From the NCBI GenBank assembly GCA_008501565.1, contig QQUL01000260.1, forward strand, positions 1 through 25,492: DNA of 25,492 nucleotides, read 5' to 3'. A program made the translations under genes and the position numbers. The notes below the pieces were generated by a model. That model did no database searches and had not been told where the DNA came from. It was given only the letters and a program-made list of their open reading frames with translations. This document shows positions 1 through 7,659 of this stretch, in pieces (position 1 is the stretch's first letter; each line of letters begins with the position of its first letter). The DNA is from Armatimonadota bacterium (GTDB lineage Bacteria > Actinomycetota > Acidimicrobiia > Spongiisociales > UBA5794).

Positions 1-288
1 GGTTACCCGCACAACGGTGCCTCCGAGACCTACGGCCTCGATATTGGACGCGATGATCGCGGCCGCACTCCTGCTGTTCTCCACGAACACAGCCCGCTCC
101 GCTCCTCGACTCAACGACTCGAGGCCAAGCGATCCGGACCCTGCGAAGAGATCCAGAACCCTCGCACCCGGCAGCCGGTTGGCCAGGATCGAGAAGACCG
201 ACTCGCGCGCCCTGCCGGTCATGGGTCTCGTCCCCTTTGGCGGAGTCCTGATCGTCCTGCCCTTCGCCATGCCGGCAATGATCCTCAC
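1..288 (-). CDS. rsmD: 16S rRNA m2G966 methyltransferase RsmD, 5' part (runs off the window start)
   Basis: Hand translation from GTG at 288: MRIIAGMAKGRTIRTPPKGTRPMTGRARESVFSILANRLPGARVLDLFAGSGSLGLESLSRGAERAVFVE..., with the RsmD N-terminal RP..R.RE motif and the SAM-binding DLFAGSG motif. The GTGA overlap with the recG stop matches the usual recG-rsmD order. Not in the supplied ORF track. Confidence 0.93.
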   Translation of the reverse strand, partial: MRIIAGMAKGRTIRTPPKGTRPMTGRARESVFSILANRLPGARVLDLFAGSGSLGLESLSRGAERAVFVENSRSAAAIIASNIEAVGLGGTVVRVT

Positions 289-2486
289 TGCTCGACACCT
301 GCCTCGGCAGCCTCAGGGAGAGCGCCGAGGAACCGGTCGGCCTCCTCAAGCACTGCCATGACGAATGCAGAGTCTCGATCGGTACTGACTGCTTCGGCTG
401 CCACCGTGGCGGCGCTTTCGAGAATGTCGGCATCGCGCAAGATGTCGCCAAGGCGCAGATCGGCGACACCCGACTGACTCTCGCCGAAGACCTTGCCTTG
501 CCCACGAATCTCAAGGTCACGTGTGGCGAGCACATAACCGTCGTTCGATTCGAGCATGGCCGAGATTCTCGCGGCAGCGTCGTCGGTCGAAGCGTCAGCC
601 GCAAGAATGCATGCGCCGCGCTGATCTCCGCGCCCGACCCGACCTCTGAGCTGATGAAGTTGGCTCAGACCGAACCGTTCCGCATTGCGGACGGCGATCA
701 GGGTCGCATTCGGCACATCGATCCCCACCTCGATCACCGTTGTCGAAACAAGAACATCGAAGCCTCGGTCGCGGAACCTGAGCATCGTTTCTGCCTTGAC
801 TTCGGAACTCATCTGCCCATGGAGCAGCGCCACCCTGACATTGGGCAACGACGCTGAGATCCGTTCGAATTCCGAAACGGCCGACCTCGCACTGATCTTG
901 TCCGAGTGTTCGATCAAGGGGCATACAACGAACGCCTGCGCACCGGATGCGACATGGGCGGTGATCGCCTCGTCCACTGCTCGATCTGCATCCGGTCCCT
1001 CTTCCACCGTTGTCGTCGCGACCGGGAAACGTCCGACAGGCATCTCGGTGATGGAGGAGACCTTCAGATCACCGTACTGCACCATCGCAAGCGTTCTCGG
1101 AATCGGGGTCGCGGTCATCAGGAGCAGGTCCGGTACCGCGCCGTCGTCACGGGCGGCACGCAACTGGACTCGCTGGCCGACACCGAAGCGATGCTGCTCG
1201 TCAACAACAGCCAGGCCGAGCGAGCGCATGGACACATCGCGTTGAATCAATGCCTGCGTTCCGAAGGCGATGTCGATCGTCCCATCGGCGAGCCACGCAA
1301 GTCCCTGCGCACGACTGACATCACCGCGAATGAAGTTGACCGCCACCCGAGAGCCCGTGAACAGCCCGATCCGAACGGGTCGCGTCACGGGATCGCCGCC
1401 TCCGAACAATGGCGCGGTACCGCCAGCGGCAAGATCCTCAGGGGGTGGTGCCATTTGCGCATCACGCAGGATCTGCTCGGTGCCCAGGTAATGCTGCGTG
1501 GCCAGAACCTCGGTCGGGGCCATGACAGCGCCCTGATGGCCTCCCTCAACAGATGCCAGGAGGGCAACAACAACAACGATGGTCTTGCCGGAACCAACCT
1601 CGCCCTGGAGCAGCCTGTGCATCGGAGTATCTGCCACCATGTCCGCCTTGATCGACGCGAGAGCGTCCTTCTGCCCTGATGTGAGATCGAACGGGAAGTG
1701 CTCGATGAAGCGTGCGGTCAACTCTCCGGTCTCAACATTCCGGACTCCGCGGCGCGACAGATAGTCGTCGTGCTCGCGGGCCTTGAACACCATCTGGGCG
1801 CGGAGAAACTCGTCGAAGATCAGACGCTTCTTCGCTGGCCCGACATCGCGTAGCTCGCCGGGGAAGTGAATGTCCCTGAACGCCGTTGACCGGTCAACGA
1901 GCCCCATGGCAGTGCGCAGATCGTTGGGAATGACGTCATCCATCGGCAGGGAACGTCGCAACGCGTTGCTCACCGACTTGCGCAGATCCGCGAGTTTCAC
2001 ACCACCGACGCCGGGATGAATCGGGACCACGCGATCCGTGACCAACGAGTCCTCCTTCCCGTACTCCTGCATGTCGGGATTCGTCATCTGGCGTTTTCCG
2101 CGATACAGCTCCATCTTCCCGGCGAGCAGAACCTCGGCACCAATCGTTGCCTTCCTGTAGGGATTGAACCACACACAATCGACCCTGCTCGTGCCGTCAG
2201 ACACGCTCACCTTGACCATCGTCCGTCCACGCGAGATACGGATCTTGTCGAAACGCTCAACGACTCCCCCGATCGTGACCTCCTCTCCGATCGGAGCGGC
2301 CTGAATGTCGAACAGCTGATTGCGGTCGAGATACCGTCGCGGCGTGTGCAGCAACAAACGGGCGACCGTGCCGACATTGATTGCCTCGAGCTTCTTGCGC
2401 GTCGCCGCGCCGACCCCTTTGACCATGTCGACAGGAATATCGTCAAGATACGAAAGCGTCCGCTTCAGCGGAATCGGTTCGACCAT
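285..2486 (-). CDS. recG: ATP-dependent DNA helicase RecG
   Basis: SF2 motifs QGEVGSGKT, DEQHRFG, MTATPIPRT, QLRGRVGRG and TRG-like DLEIRGQG..QSG, with an N-terminal wedge/OB region. The start is placed at the ATG at 2486 (MVEPIPLK...); the extension to 2597 in the ORF track runs through repeat-rich intergenic DNA. Confidence 0.97.
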   Translation of the reverse strand: MVEPIPLKRTLSYLDDIPVDMVKGVGAATRKKLEAINVGTVARLLLHTPRRYLDRNQLFDIQAAPIGEEVTIGGVVERFDKIRISRGRTMVKVSVSDGTSRVDCVWFNPYRKATIGAEVLLAGKMELYRGKRQMTNPDMQEYGKEDSLVTDRVVPIHPGVGGVKLADLRKSVSNALRRSLPMDDVIPNDLRTAMGLVDRSTAFRDIHFPGELRDVGPAKKRLIFDEFLRAQMVFKAREHDDYLSRRGVRNVETGELTARFIEHFPFDLTSGQKDALASIKADMVADTPMHRLLQGEVGSGKTIVVVVALLASVEGGHQGAVMAPTEVLATQHYLGTEQILRDAQMAPPPEDLAAGGTAPLFGGGDPVTRPVRIGLFTGSRVAVNFIRGDVSRAQGLAWLADGTIDIAFGTQALIQRDVSMRSLGLAVVDEQHRFGVGQRVQLRAARDDGAVPDLLLMTATPIPRTLAMVQYGDLKVSSITEMPVGRFPVATTTVEEGPDADRAVDEAITAHVASGAQAFVVCPLIEHSDKISARSAVSEFERISASLPNVRVALLHGQMSSEVKAETMLRFRDRGFDVLVSTTVIEVGIDVPNATLIAVRNAERFGLSQLHQLRGRVGRGDQRGACILAADASTDDAAARISAMLESNDGYVLATRDLEIRGQGKVFGESQSGVADLRLGDILRDADILESAATVAAEAVSTDRDSAFVMAVLEEADRFLGALPEAAEAGVEQ

Positions 2487-2620
2487 AGATACAGAGATTA
2501 CGGATTTGACGATGCGTGGGGTCCAGCTTGCCGGACTCCAAGGAATCCAACGCAGTTGGGATCCCGATTTCAGATTCAACGCTGGTGGGATCCCCATTTC
2601 GGATCCGGACAGCAGATCGA
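2487..2620. repeat. Degenerate heptamer-type repeats (GATTACG/GATTTCA family) in the recG-rpmB divergent intergenic region
   Basis: agatacag-agattacg-gatttgac at 2487-2510 and gatcccgatttcagattca / gatccccatttcggatccgg further on resemble the units at 10121-10262, but are much more degenerate. Confidence 0.4.
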
Positions 2621-2643
2621 GGGGGCCGTTACTCGGGCCCTCC

Positions 2644-2652
2644 TGCTATCTT
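2644..2652 (+). promoter_or_regulatory. Candidate extended -10 promoter (TGcTATCTT) for rpmB
   Basis: TGn-TANNNT match about 30 nt upstream of the rpmB ATG; an AGGAGG Shine-Dalgarno lies at about 2665-2670. Confidence 0.45.
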
Positions 2653-2680
2653 TGCGAACGCCTCAGGAGGTCTACCCACA

Positions 2681-2869
2681 ATGGCATACAGATGCGAAGT
2701 TTGCGGCAAGGAGCCGTGGACGGGCAAACAGGTCAGCTTCTCGCACAAGCGTTCCTCGAAGACCTGGCGTCCCAACATCCAGAAGATTCGTGTGAAGTAT
2801 GGATCCAACTCGCGTCGAGCCCGAGTGTGCACGTCGTGCATCAAGGCGGGAAAGGTCGAGAAGGCCTAG
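2681..2869 (+). CDS. rpmB: 50S ribosomal protein L28 (zinc-ribbon, C+ type)
   Basis: MAYRCEVCGKEPWTGKQVSFSHKRSSKTWRPNIQKIRV...RVCTSCIKAGKVEKA, 62 aa, with CxxC...CxxC, SHKRS.K.W.PN and an AGGAGG RBS. Confidence 0.97.
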   Translation: MAYRCEVCGKEPWTGKQVSFSHKRSSKTWRPNIQKIRVKYGSNSRRARVCTSCIKAGKVEKA

Positions 2870-3081
2870 TGCCCTAGGGCGTCGTCAAGGTATACGACAG
2901 TGGCAGCGGTGTTGGCATCATCGTGCGCGACGATGACCGGTCCGAGGTGCTTCTCAAACCAGGCAGTCTCGACGGTTCCATGTTCCGCTTTCTCCGCCAA
3001 GGGCAGCGCGTTCGCTTCGACATGTCTGGCGACGAAACGCCCGTTGCATCAAACCTCCGCTTCGGCTCAGACGGCTACTGA
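2869..3081 (+). pseudogene. Cold-shock/OB-fold-like small protein gene interrupted by an in-frame TAG at codon 3
   Basis: GTG(2869)-CCC-TAG(2875-2877)-GGC-GTC-GTC-AAG... reads MP*GVVKVYDSGSGVGIIVRDDDRSEVLLKPGSLDGSMFRFLRQGQRVRFDMSGDETPVASNLRFGSDGY*. G.VK...G.G.I and LRQGQRV.F are cold-shock-domain-like. The GTG overlaps the rpmB stop codon. Confidence 0.7.
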
Positions 3082-3105
3082 GCGAGGCTGACGCCTCGCT
3101 GTTTC
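3081..3105 (+). terminator. Hairpin AGCGAGG-ctgacg-CCTCGCT followed by GTTTC
   Basis: A 7-bp perfect inverted repeat immediately after the stop of the rpmB/cold-shock unit, with a short U tract. Confidence 0.5.
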
Positions 3106-3206
3106 AGCTCTCAGCTCTCAGCTCCGAGCTTTTCGCAGCAGTGCCACGCCGCCATCACTCGGGGCTCATTTCTGGGCTGTGAGCCGTGAGCTGTAGGCTG
3201 TAAGCT
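3102..3206. repeat. Inverted pair of heptamer tandem arrays, (TCTCAGC)n at 3102-3136 and (AGCTGTR)n at 3175-3206
   Basis: tttcagc-tctcagc-tctcagc-tccgagc-ttttcgc, then ggctgtg-agccgtg-agctgta-ggctgta-agct; the two arrays are approximate reverse complements. Confidence 0.85.
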
Positions 3207-3213
3207 TCAACAT

Positions 3214-3447
3214 ATGGTTCAAGCATATGTTCTCATCCAGACAGACTCGGGGCGTGCTTCGGAAGTGGCAACAACGATTGCTGGCATCGAAGGAGTCACC
3301 TCATCAGAAGCGGTAACCGGGCCGTACGACGTCATCGTCTCGGCGACCGCTGAGGATGTTGACGCCCTCGGTCACCTCGTCGTTACAAAGATCCAACCGG
3401 TGGCAGGAATCGATCGGACGCTCACGTGTCCGGTCCTCAGGATCTGA
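3214..3447 (+). CDS. Stand-alone Lrp/AsnC ligand-binding (RAM) domain protein
   Basis: MVQAYVLIQT...VTGPYDVIV...IQPVAGIDRTLTCPV, 77 aa, the typical actinobacterial HTH-less AsnC domain found near ddl/rpmB. Confidence 0.92.
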   Translation: MVQAYVLIQTDSGRASEVATTIAGIEGVTSSEAVTGPYDVIVSATAEDVDALGHLVVTKIQPVAGIDRTLTCPVLRI

Positions 3448-3467
3448 GCGGCGTCGCTCAATCGCTG

Positions 3468-4511
3468 TCAGCGAATCGCGAGCTTGCCTCGCTCCTCGTG
3501 GCGGGAGAACGCCGCTTCGACCAGGTGGGTACAGAGGTCCTCGTACGTGAACCCTGAGGCGAGCCACATCTTGGGGAAACCCGAGATCGATGTGAAACCC
3601 GGCATCGTGTTTGCTTCGTTGAACAGGAACCGTTCGTTCGCCGTGTCGTAGAAGAAATCGATCCGGGCGAGTCCGGTCAGATCGAGCAGATCGAACACAG
3701 CCTCGGCCATTGCACGAACAGTCTTCGTTTCCTCGTCGGTGAGATCGGCGGGCGCTACGCACTCGCTGGTGTCGGACTCGTACTTTGCTTCGTACGTGTA
3801 CCACTCAGCTTCGATGATGATCTCCCCCGGTAGGGATGCCCTCGGGCCATCGAGGACCGCAACCTCGATCTCGCGACCGGCGATGCCCTCCTCAACCACA
3901 ACCTTCGTGTCATAGCGGAATGCGTTTGCGATGGCGGCCGCAAGCGCATCCGGGTTGGTGACCTTTGAGATTCCCACGGAAGAGCCTTGTGCCGACGGTT
4001 TGACGAACACGGGGAACCGAAGATCGGTCGCTACCGAGGACACGATGCTCTCAGGATCGAGATCCCAGTCGCGTCTACGAATTGCCCGCCAAGGCGAGGT
4101 AGCAAGGCCAGCTTGACTGACGAGTCGCTTTGTCAGATCCTTGTCCATGCACAACGCACTCGCCAACACGTCGCATCCGACGTACGGGGTATCACATACC
4201 TCAAACAGGCCTTGCACTGTCCCGTCCTCCCCCATCGGTCCGTGCAGCACCGGGAACACGACATCGAACTCGACAGTCTCCCCACCGACGCTGAGTACAC
4301 CGTCTGACACACGAAATGTCACCGGTCTGCCCTCGGCGCGGAACGGTCGATGGGCAGCGTCGACGAGAAACCATTGGCCGTCTCGATCGATCCCAACGGG
4401 GATGACCCGGTGCCCGGATCCCGTGAGCGCGTCGCTCACCGATACCGCCGATGCGCAGGAAACCTCGTGTTCGGATGATCTTCCGCCGAAGAGAAGAAGG
4501 ACTCTGGCCAT
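3468..4511 (-). CDS. ddl: D-alanine--D-alanine ligase
   Basis: Motifs LFGGRSSEHEVS, FPVLHGPMGEDGTVQG, FVKPSAQGSSVG, YTYEAKY, RIDFF and NEANTMPGFT. Confidence 0.96.
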   Translation of the reverse strand: MARVLLLFGGRSSEHEVSCASAVSVSDALTGSGHRVIPVGIDRDGQWFLVDAAHRPFRAEGRPVTFRVSDGVLSVGGETVEFDVVFPVLHGPMGEDGTVQGLFEVCDTPYVGCDVLASALCMDKDLTKRLVSQAGLATSPWRAIRRRDWDLDPESIVSSVATDLRFPVFVKPSAQGSSVGISKVTNPDALAAAIANAFRYDTKVVVEEGIAGREIEVAVLDGPRASLPGEIIIEAEWYTYEAKYESDTSECVAPADLTDEETKTVRAMAEAVFDLLDLTGLARIDFFYDTANERFLFNEANTMPGFTSISGFPKMWLASGFTYEDLCTHLVEAAFSRHEERGKLAIR

Positions 4512-4553
4512 CGGGTCAGATTACCGTGTGGCGCAACATCTTCAGGGGTTTGG

Positions 4554-6356
4554 TTGACCGTACAAGACGACCGTCTCATGATCGACTATCGAATCAGGGT
4601 GGTGCATACCGGCCTGATCGTGTCCTGGCTCGCCCTTTTGTCGCTTGGCCTGTGGGCGCTCGGGCTCACAACCGACGACCAAGGCCGCATTCTCATGGCG
4701 TTCGGGGGATTCGTCATTGCCCTGATCCTCCTGACCATTGTTCCGTGGCGTACCACCCTTGGAACGCCGATTGCGGATTGGCTCATTGCCATCTGGTGTG
4801 TGGCCGCGTTGCTTGCCCAACTCGCCATCGAGCTCCGCGTGAGTCACATTCCCACTGCAGTCGGCTTCCTGATGGTCCCCTTCTTCGCTGCGGCAACGGC
4901 GATAGCCGTGCAACCTGCACTCGCAGTCGGAGTCGCCGCGGTGGCGTCCTATTGGGTAGCGCTTGGCGAATCGACCGGATATGTGACCGCCGCGTCAAGC
5001 ACGGCACTCCTCGCCTTTGTGGGTGCAACCGTGTTCGTCATGTTGATTTCGGTACGGATTCGCAGCCAGATTCAGGAATCCTCAACCCGATACGAAGAGC
5101 TCGCAGCTCGAGAGTCAAAGCTCGTCGACCAGGAACAGGAGCTCTCAAAGCTCTACGACGTTTCCCTTGCCATCGGAGCTGGCACGAAGCTCAGCGACGT
5201 GCTCCCCGAACTTGTCGGCAGGGTCGCTGATTCTGTCGGTGCACGCATCGGTCTGGCGATGCTCTATGAACCCACGGACGAGACGTTGGGTCTGATGTCG
5301 CCTATCTGGGTGTCTGGACACACCGTCCCCGCCGACGATCTGATCCTCACCCTCGACGAACCCGGCCTGTCGCAGAGCGTCTTCATGTCAGGAGATGCAG
5401 CGACCATCAATTCCATGGACTTGGTCCACGAGTCCGATCGCCTCGCAGCAGAACTCCAGGCCGAACGGATAGCGGCCGTGTCGCTCCGGATCGAAGATCG
5501 CATCATCGGTGTGTTGCTCGTCGGCGACAAGAAGACCGACTTCACCGATGAGGATCTCCGCACATTGGAGGCCGTTGCCGCCCCGGCTGCATTGGTGCTG
5601 AACCAGCTGACTCGATACGAACAGGTGCGGATGTCAAGTGAGCGGATGGCTGAACTCGCCCAGATGAAGACGGACTTCGTCTCCGTCGTATCCCATGAGC
5701 TCCGTACACCGCTCACGTCCATCATTGGGGCTCTGAGCACGCTCAAGCGCCCGGAATTGGCTCCCGACGACCCACGAGCTCGACAGCTCATCGATATGGC
5801 AGACAAGCAGTCACACCGTCTCAGAACCCTGATTGAGGATCTCCTTGTGATGTCACGACTCGAAGCAGCGGCGCTTCCGGTACGGCCTGAGGACATCGAC
5901 ATCGAACCGTTTGTCAGAGAACTGCTTGCCGCGCTGCCCGATGCGGAGCGGGTCGATGTGATCGTCGACCCCGTCGCCCGCCGCATCGTATCGGATCCCG
6001 ACCTGTTCGCCCGGGTGATCACAAACCTCGTCGAGAACGCTCTGAAATACGGTGGTGGAAGCGATGTCGCGATCCGCACCGCGGGAGTGCGCGACGAGAT
6101 TCGGGTCAGTGTCATCGACCATGGGCCAGGCATCCCGTACGAGAAGCATGACCTGGTCTTCGAACGTTTCACCCAGCTCCAGCCCCACGCAACCCGATCA
6201 ACGGGTGGGGTGGGACTCGGTTTGTCGATTGTGAAGGGCCTCGCCGAAGCGATGGGCGGAAGGGTCTGGTTTGAACCGACCGTTGGTGGCGGCGCAACCT
6301 TCACCGTCGCACTTCCCTCCGATGGGGCTGCCCCGACTCCCGCCAGCGATTCCTAG
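4554..6356 (+). CDS. Membrane sensor histidine kinase (multi-TM, GAF-like, HisKA, HATPase_c)
   Basis: Several hydrophobic N-terminal helices, a GAF-like segment, H-box VSHELRTPLTSI, N-box NLVENALKY, DHGPGI and GGVGLGLSI. The start could be TTG 4554 or ATG 4578. Confidence 0.92.
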   Translation: MTVQDDRLMIDYRIRVVHTGLIVSWLALLSLGLWALGLTTDDQGRILMAFGGFVIALILLTIVPWRTTLGTPIADWLIAIWCVAALLAQLAIELRVSHIPTAVGFLMVPFFAAATAIAVQPALAVGVAAVASYWVALGESTGYVTAASSTALLAFVGATVFVMLISVRIRSQIQESSTRYEELAARESKLVDQEQELSKLYDVSLAIGAGTKLSDVLPELVGRVADSVGARIGLAMLYEPTDETLGLMSPIWVSGHTVPADDLILTLDEPGLSQSVFMSGDAATINSMDLVHESDRLAAELQAERIAAVSLRIEDRIIGVLLVGDKKTDFTDEDLRTLEAVAAPAALVLNQLTRYEQVRMSSERMAELAQMKTDFVSVVSHELRTPLTSIIGALSTLKRPELAPDDPRARQLIDMADKQSHRLRTLIEDLLVMSRLEAAALPVRPEDIDIEPFVRELLAALPDAERVDVIVDPVARRIVSDPDLFARVITNLVENALKYGGGSDVAIRTAGVRDEIRVSVIDHGPGIPYEKHDLVFERFTQLQPHATRSTGGVGLGLSIVKGLAEAMGGRVWFEPTVGGGATFTVALPSDGAAPTPASDS

Positions 6357-7144
6357 GCGTCGAGCCCTTCGTGGCGGCCAGCAGCATTGCCGTGGAATCC
6401 GCCGTCAACATGGACGATTTCGCCGGATGTCGCCAGAGCAAAGTCTGACATCAACACGCACGCCATCTTGGCAACGGGATCTGGATTGTGCGGATCCCAG
6501 CCGAGGGGAGCTCGTACCGCCCAGAGATTCTCGTACTGGGTGAAACCGGGTATTGACTTCGCAGCAACAGTTCCGAGGGGTCCGGCAGAGACGAGATTGA
6601 TCCGGATGTTGTCCTCGCCGAGATACCTCGCAAGATACCGGTTTACCGACTGGAGAGCTGACTTGGATACACCCATCCAGTCGTAGCCCGGCCAGGCGAC
6701 CGAGTTGTCGAAGTCAAGTCCGACCATCGCTCCCCCACCCGATTTCAGAAACAGAGGTCGGAGGCCGACGGTCAGGGTCTTGTATGAAAACGCCGACGTC
6801 AGGAAAGCGGTGGCTGCCGAGTCAGCTGGTGTATTGAGGAACTCCCCGCCAAGAGCGTCTGGCGGTGCGAACGCTATTGCGTGCAGTGCCCCATCCAATC
6901 CTCCCCACTTCTCGTCAAGGGCCGATACGAGAGCGTCCATGTGGTCGGCATCGTTGATGTCGAGTTCGTGCACGTCCGCTTCGCTCGGGAGTCGCTTGGC
7001 GGATCGACGGGTCAGCGACATCCCTCGCCCGAAGCCGGTCAGGACAACCTCGGCACCCTGTTCCTGGGCAACACGAGCCGTATGCCACGCAATCGAGTCA
7101 TCGGTGAGCACTCCCGTGATCAGGATTCGCTTTCCCTCAAGCAA
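6353..7144 (-). CDS. fabI: Enoyl-ACP reductase FabI/InhA-type
   Basis: LEGKRILITGVLTDDSIAW (InhA-like N-terminus), LHAIAFAP, catalytic YDWMGVSK and NLVSAGPLGT. The TTG start at 7144 has AAAGGA 6 nt upstream. Confidence 0.93.
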   Translation of the reverse strand: MLEGKRILITGVLTDDSIAWHTARVAQEQGAEVVLTGFGRGMSLTRRSAKRLPSEADVHELDINDADHMDALVSALDEKWGGLDGALHAIAFAPPDALGGEFLNTPADSAATAFLTSAFSYKTLTVGLRPLFLKSGGGAMVGLDFDNSVAWPGYDWMGVSKSALQSVNRYLARYLGEDNIRINLVSAGPLGTVAAKSIPGFTQYENLWAVRAPLGWDPHNPDPVAKMACVLMSDFALATSGEIVHVDGGFHGNAAGRHEGLDA

Positions 7145-7200
7145 TGCATGTCCTTTCGCAACGCGTGATGAGCCTAGGCGAATGCCAAGCGCTGGGTTCT

Positions 7201-7572
7201 TCAGCTCACATTCATCCAGGCGCGGATCCCCAAACCCATCACGAACAACAGCAGGATGCCGTAGGTCAAACCGGGTCGCTTCGCCATCGTCGAGCGATAG
7301 AGGTAGGCGAGAGTGAGCGTGATCGCGATCACCACACCGTAGAACACGTGGAATGAGTTCAAAGGGCGCAGATCGTTCGAATAGAGGATCACACCGGCAC
7401 CCACCTGAAGCAGGATGGCGGTGATGGCCACAGCGCGTGCATAGCCGAACCAGCGGGACGGTTCCCGCTTGATCACCGCAAGCACGACACCCCACACACC
7501 GACGACGCCACACGATCCGACGGAGACATAGAACCATTCCTGATGGAACCGGAGTACGGTGCTGATGTCCAC
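7201..7572 (-). CDS. Small integral membrane protein of unknown function (about 4 TM)
   Basis: GTG at 7572 with a GAGGGG RBS; 123 aa with four hydrophobic stretches and an FHVFYG motif; co-oriented with fabI. Confidence 0.8.
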   Translation of the reverse strand: MDISTVLRFHQEWFYVSVGSCGVVGVWGVVLAVIKREPSRWFGYARAVAITAILLQVGAGVILYSNDLRPLNSFHVFYGVVIAITLTLAYLYRSTMAKRPGLTYGILLLFVMGLGIRAWMNVS

Positions 7573-7659
7573 TTTTCCCCTCGCTCTTGCGACGGGAAGA
7601 TACCGCGCCGATCCGGCGTACCAGAATCTTCGGCTCGGTTGGAACGGTACGCTGCGGCG

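Noticed and set aside
2487-2597. Long N-terminal extensions in the ORF track for recG, rpmB (2516), fabI (7678), the methyltransferase (7543), the nuclease (10475), dtd (18855) and the RCK protein (21900)
   Set aside because: Family similarity begins at downstream starts that have RBS, leaderless-promoter or overlap support. The extensions cross intergenic repeats or genes on the other strand.
2681-2869. Zinc-binding (C+) L28 as a zinc-regulation signal
   Set aside because: This is the ordinary housekeeping paralog. No Zur box or C- paralog is visible here.
3468-4511. Possible Van-type (D-Ala-D-Lac/Ser) ligase
   Set aside because: The omega-loop YTYEAKY keeps the Tyr typical of D-Ala-D-Ala ligases, and there are no vanH/vanX/vanRS neighbours.
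285-4511. Absence of DAK2 (fakA) and thiL from the usual actinobacterial ddl-Lrp-thiL-rpmB-DAK2-recG-rsmD neighbourhood
   Set aside because: Lineage-level rearrangement is common, and the genes may be elsewhere in the genome, which a single window cannot show.
5264-6304. Long antisense or shadow ORFs (for example 5264..6304, 12371..13369, 21182..22033)
   Set aside because: They lie opposite well-supported genes. Such stop-poor frames are expected in high-GC coding DNA and show no motifs.
7120-7149. Out-of-frame ATG just upstream of the fabI TTG start, giving a 9-codon uORF (MHCLRESES*)
   Set aside because: The ATG is only 1 nt from the AAAGGA Shine-Dalgarno, whereas the TTG is at a normal 6-nt spacing. 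There is no other evidence for regulation.
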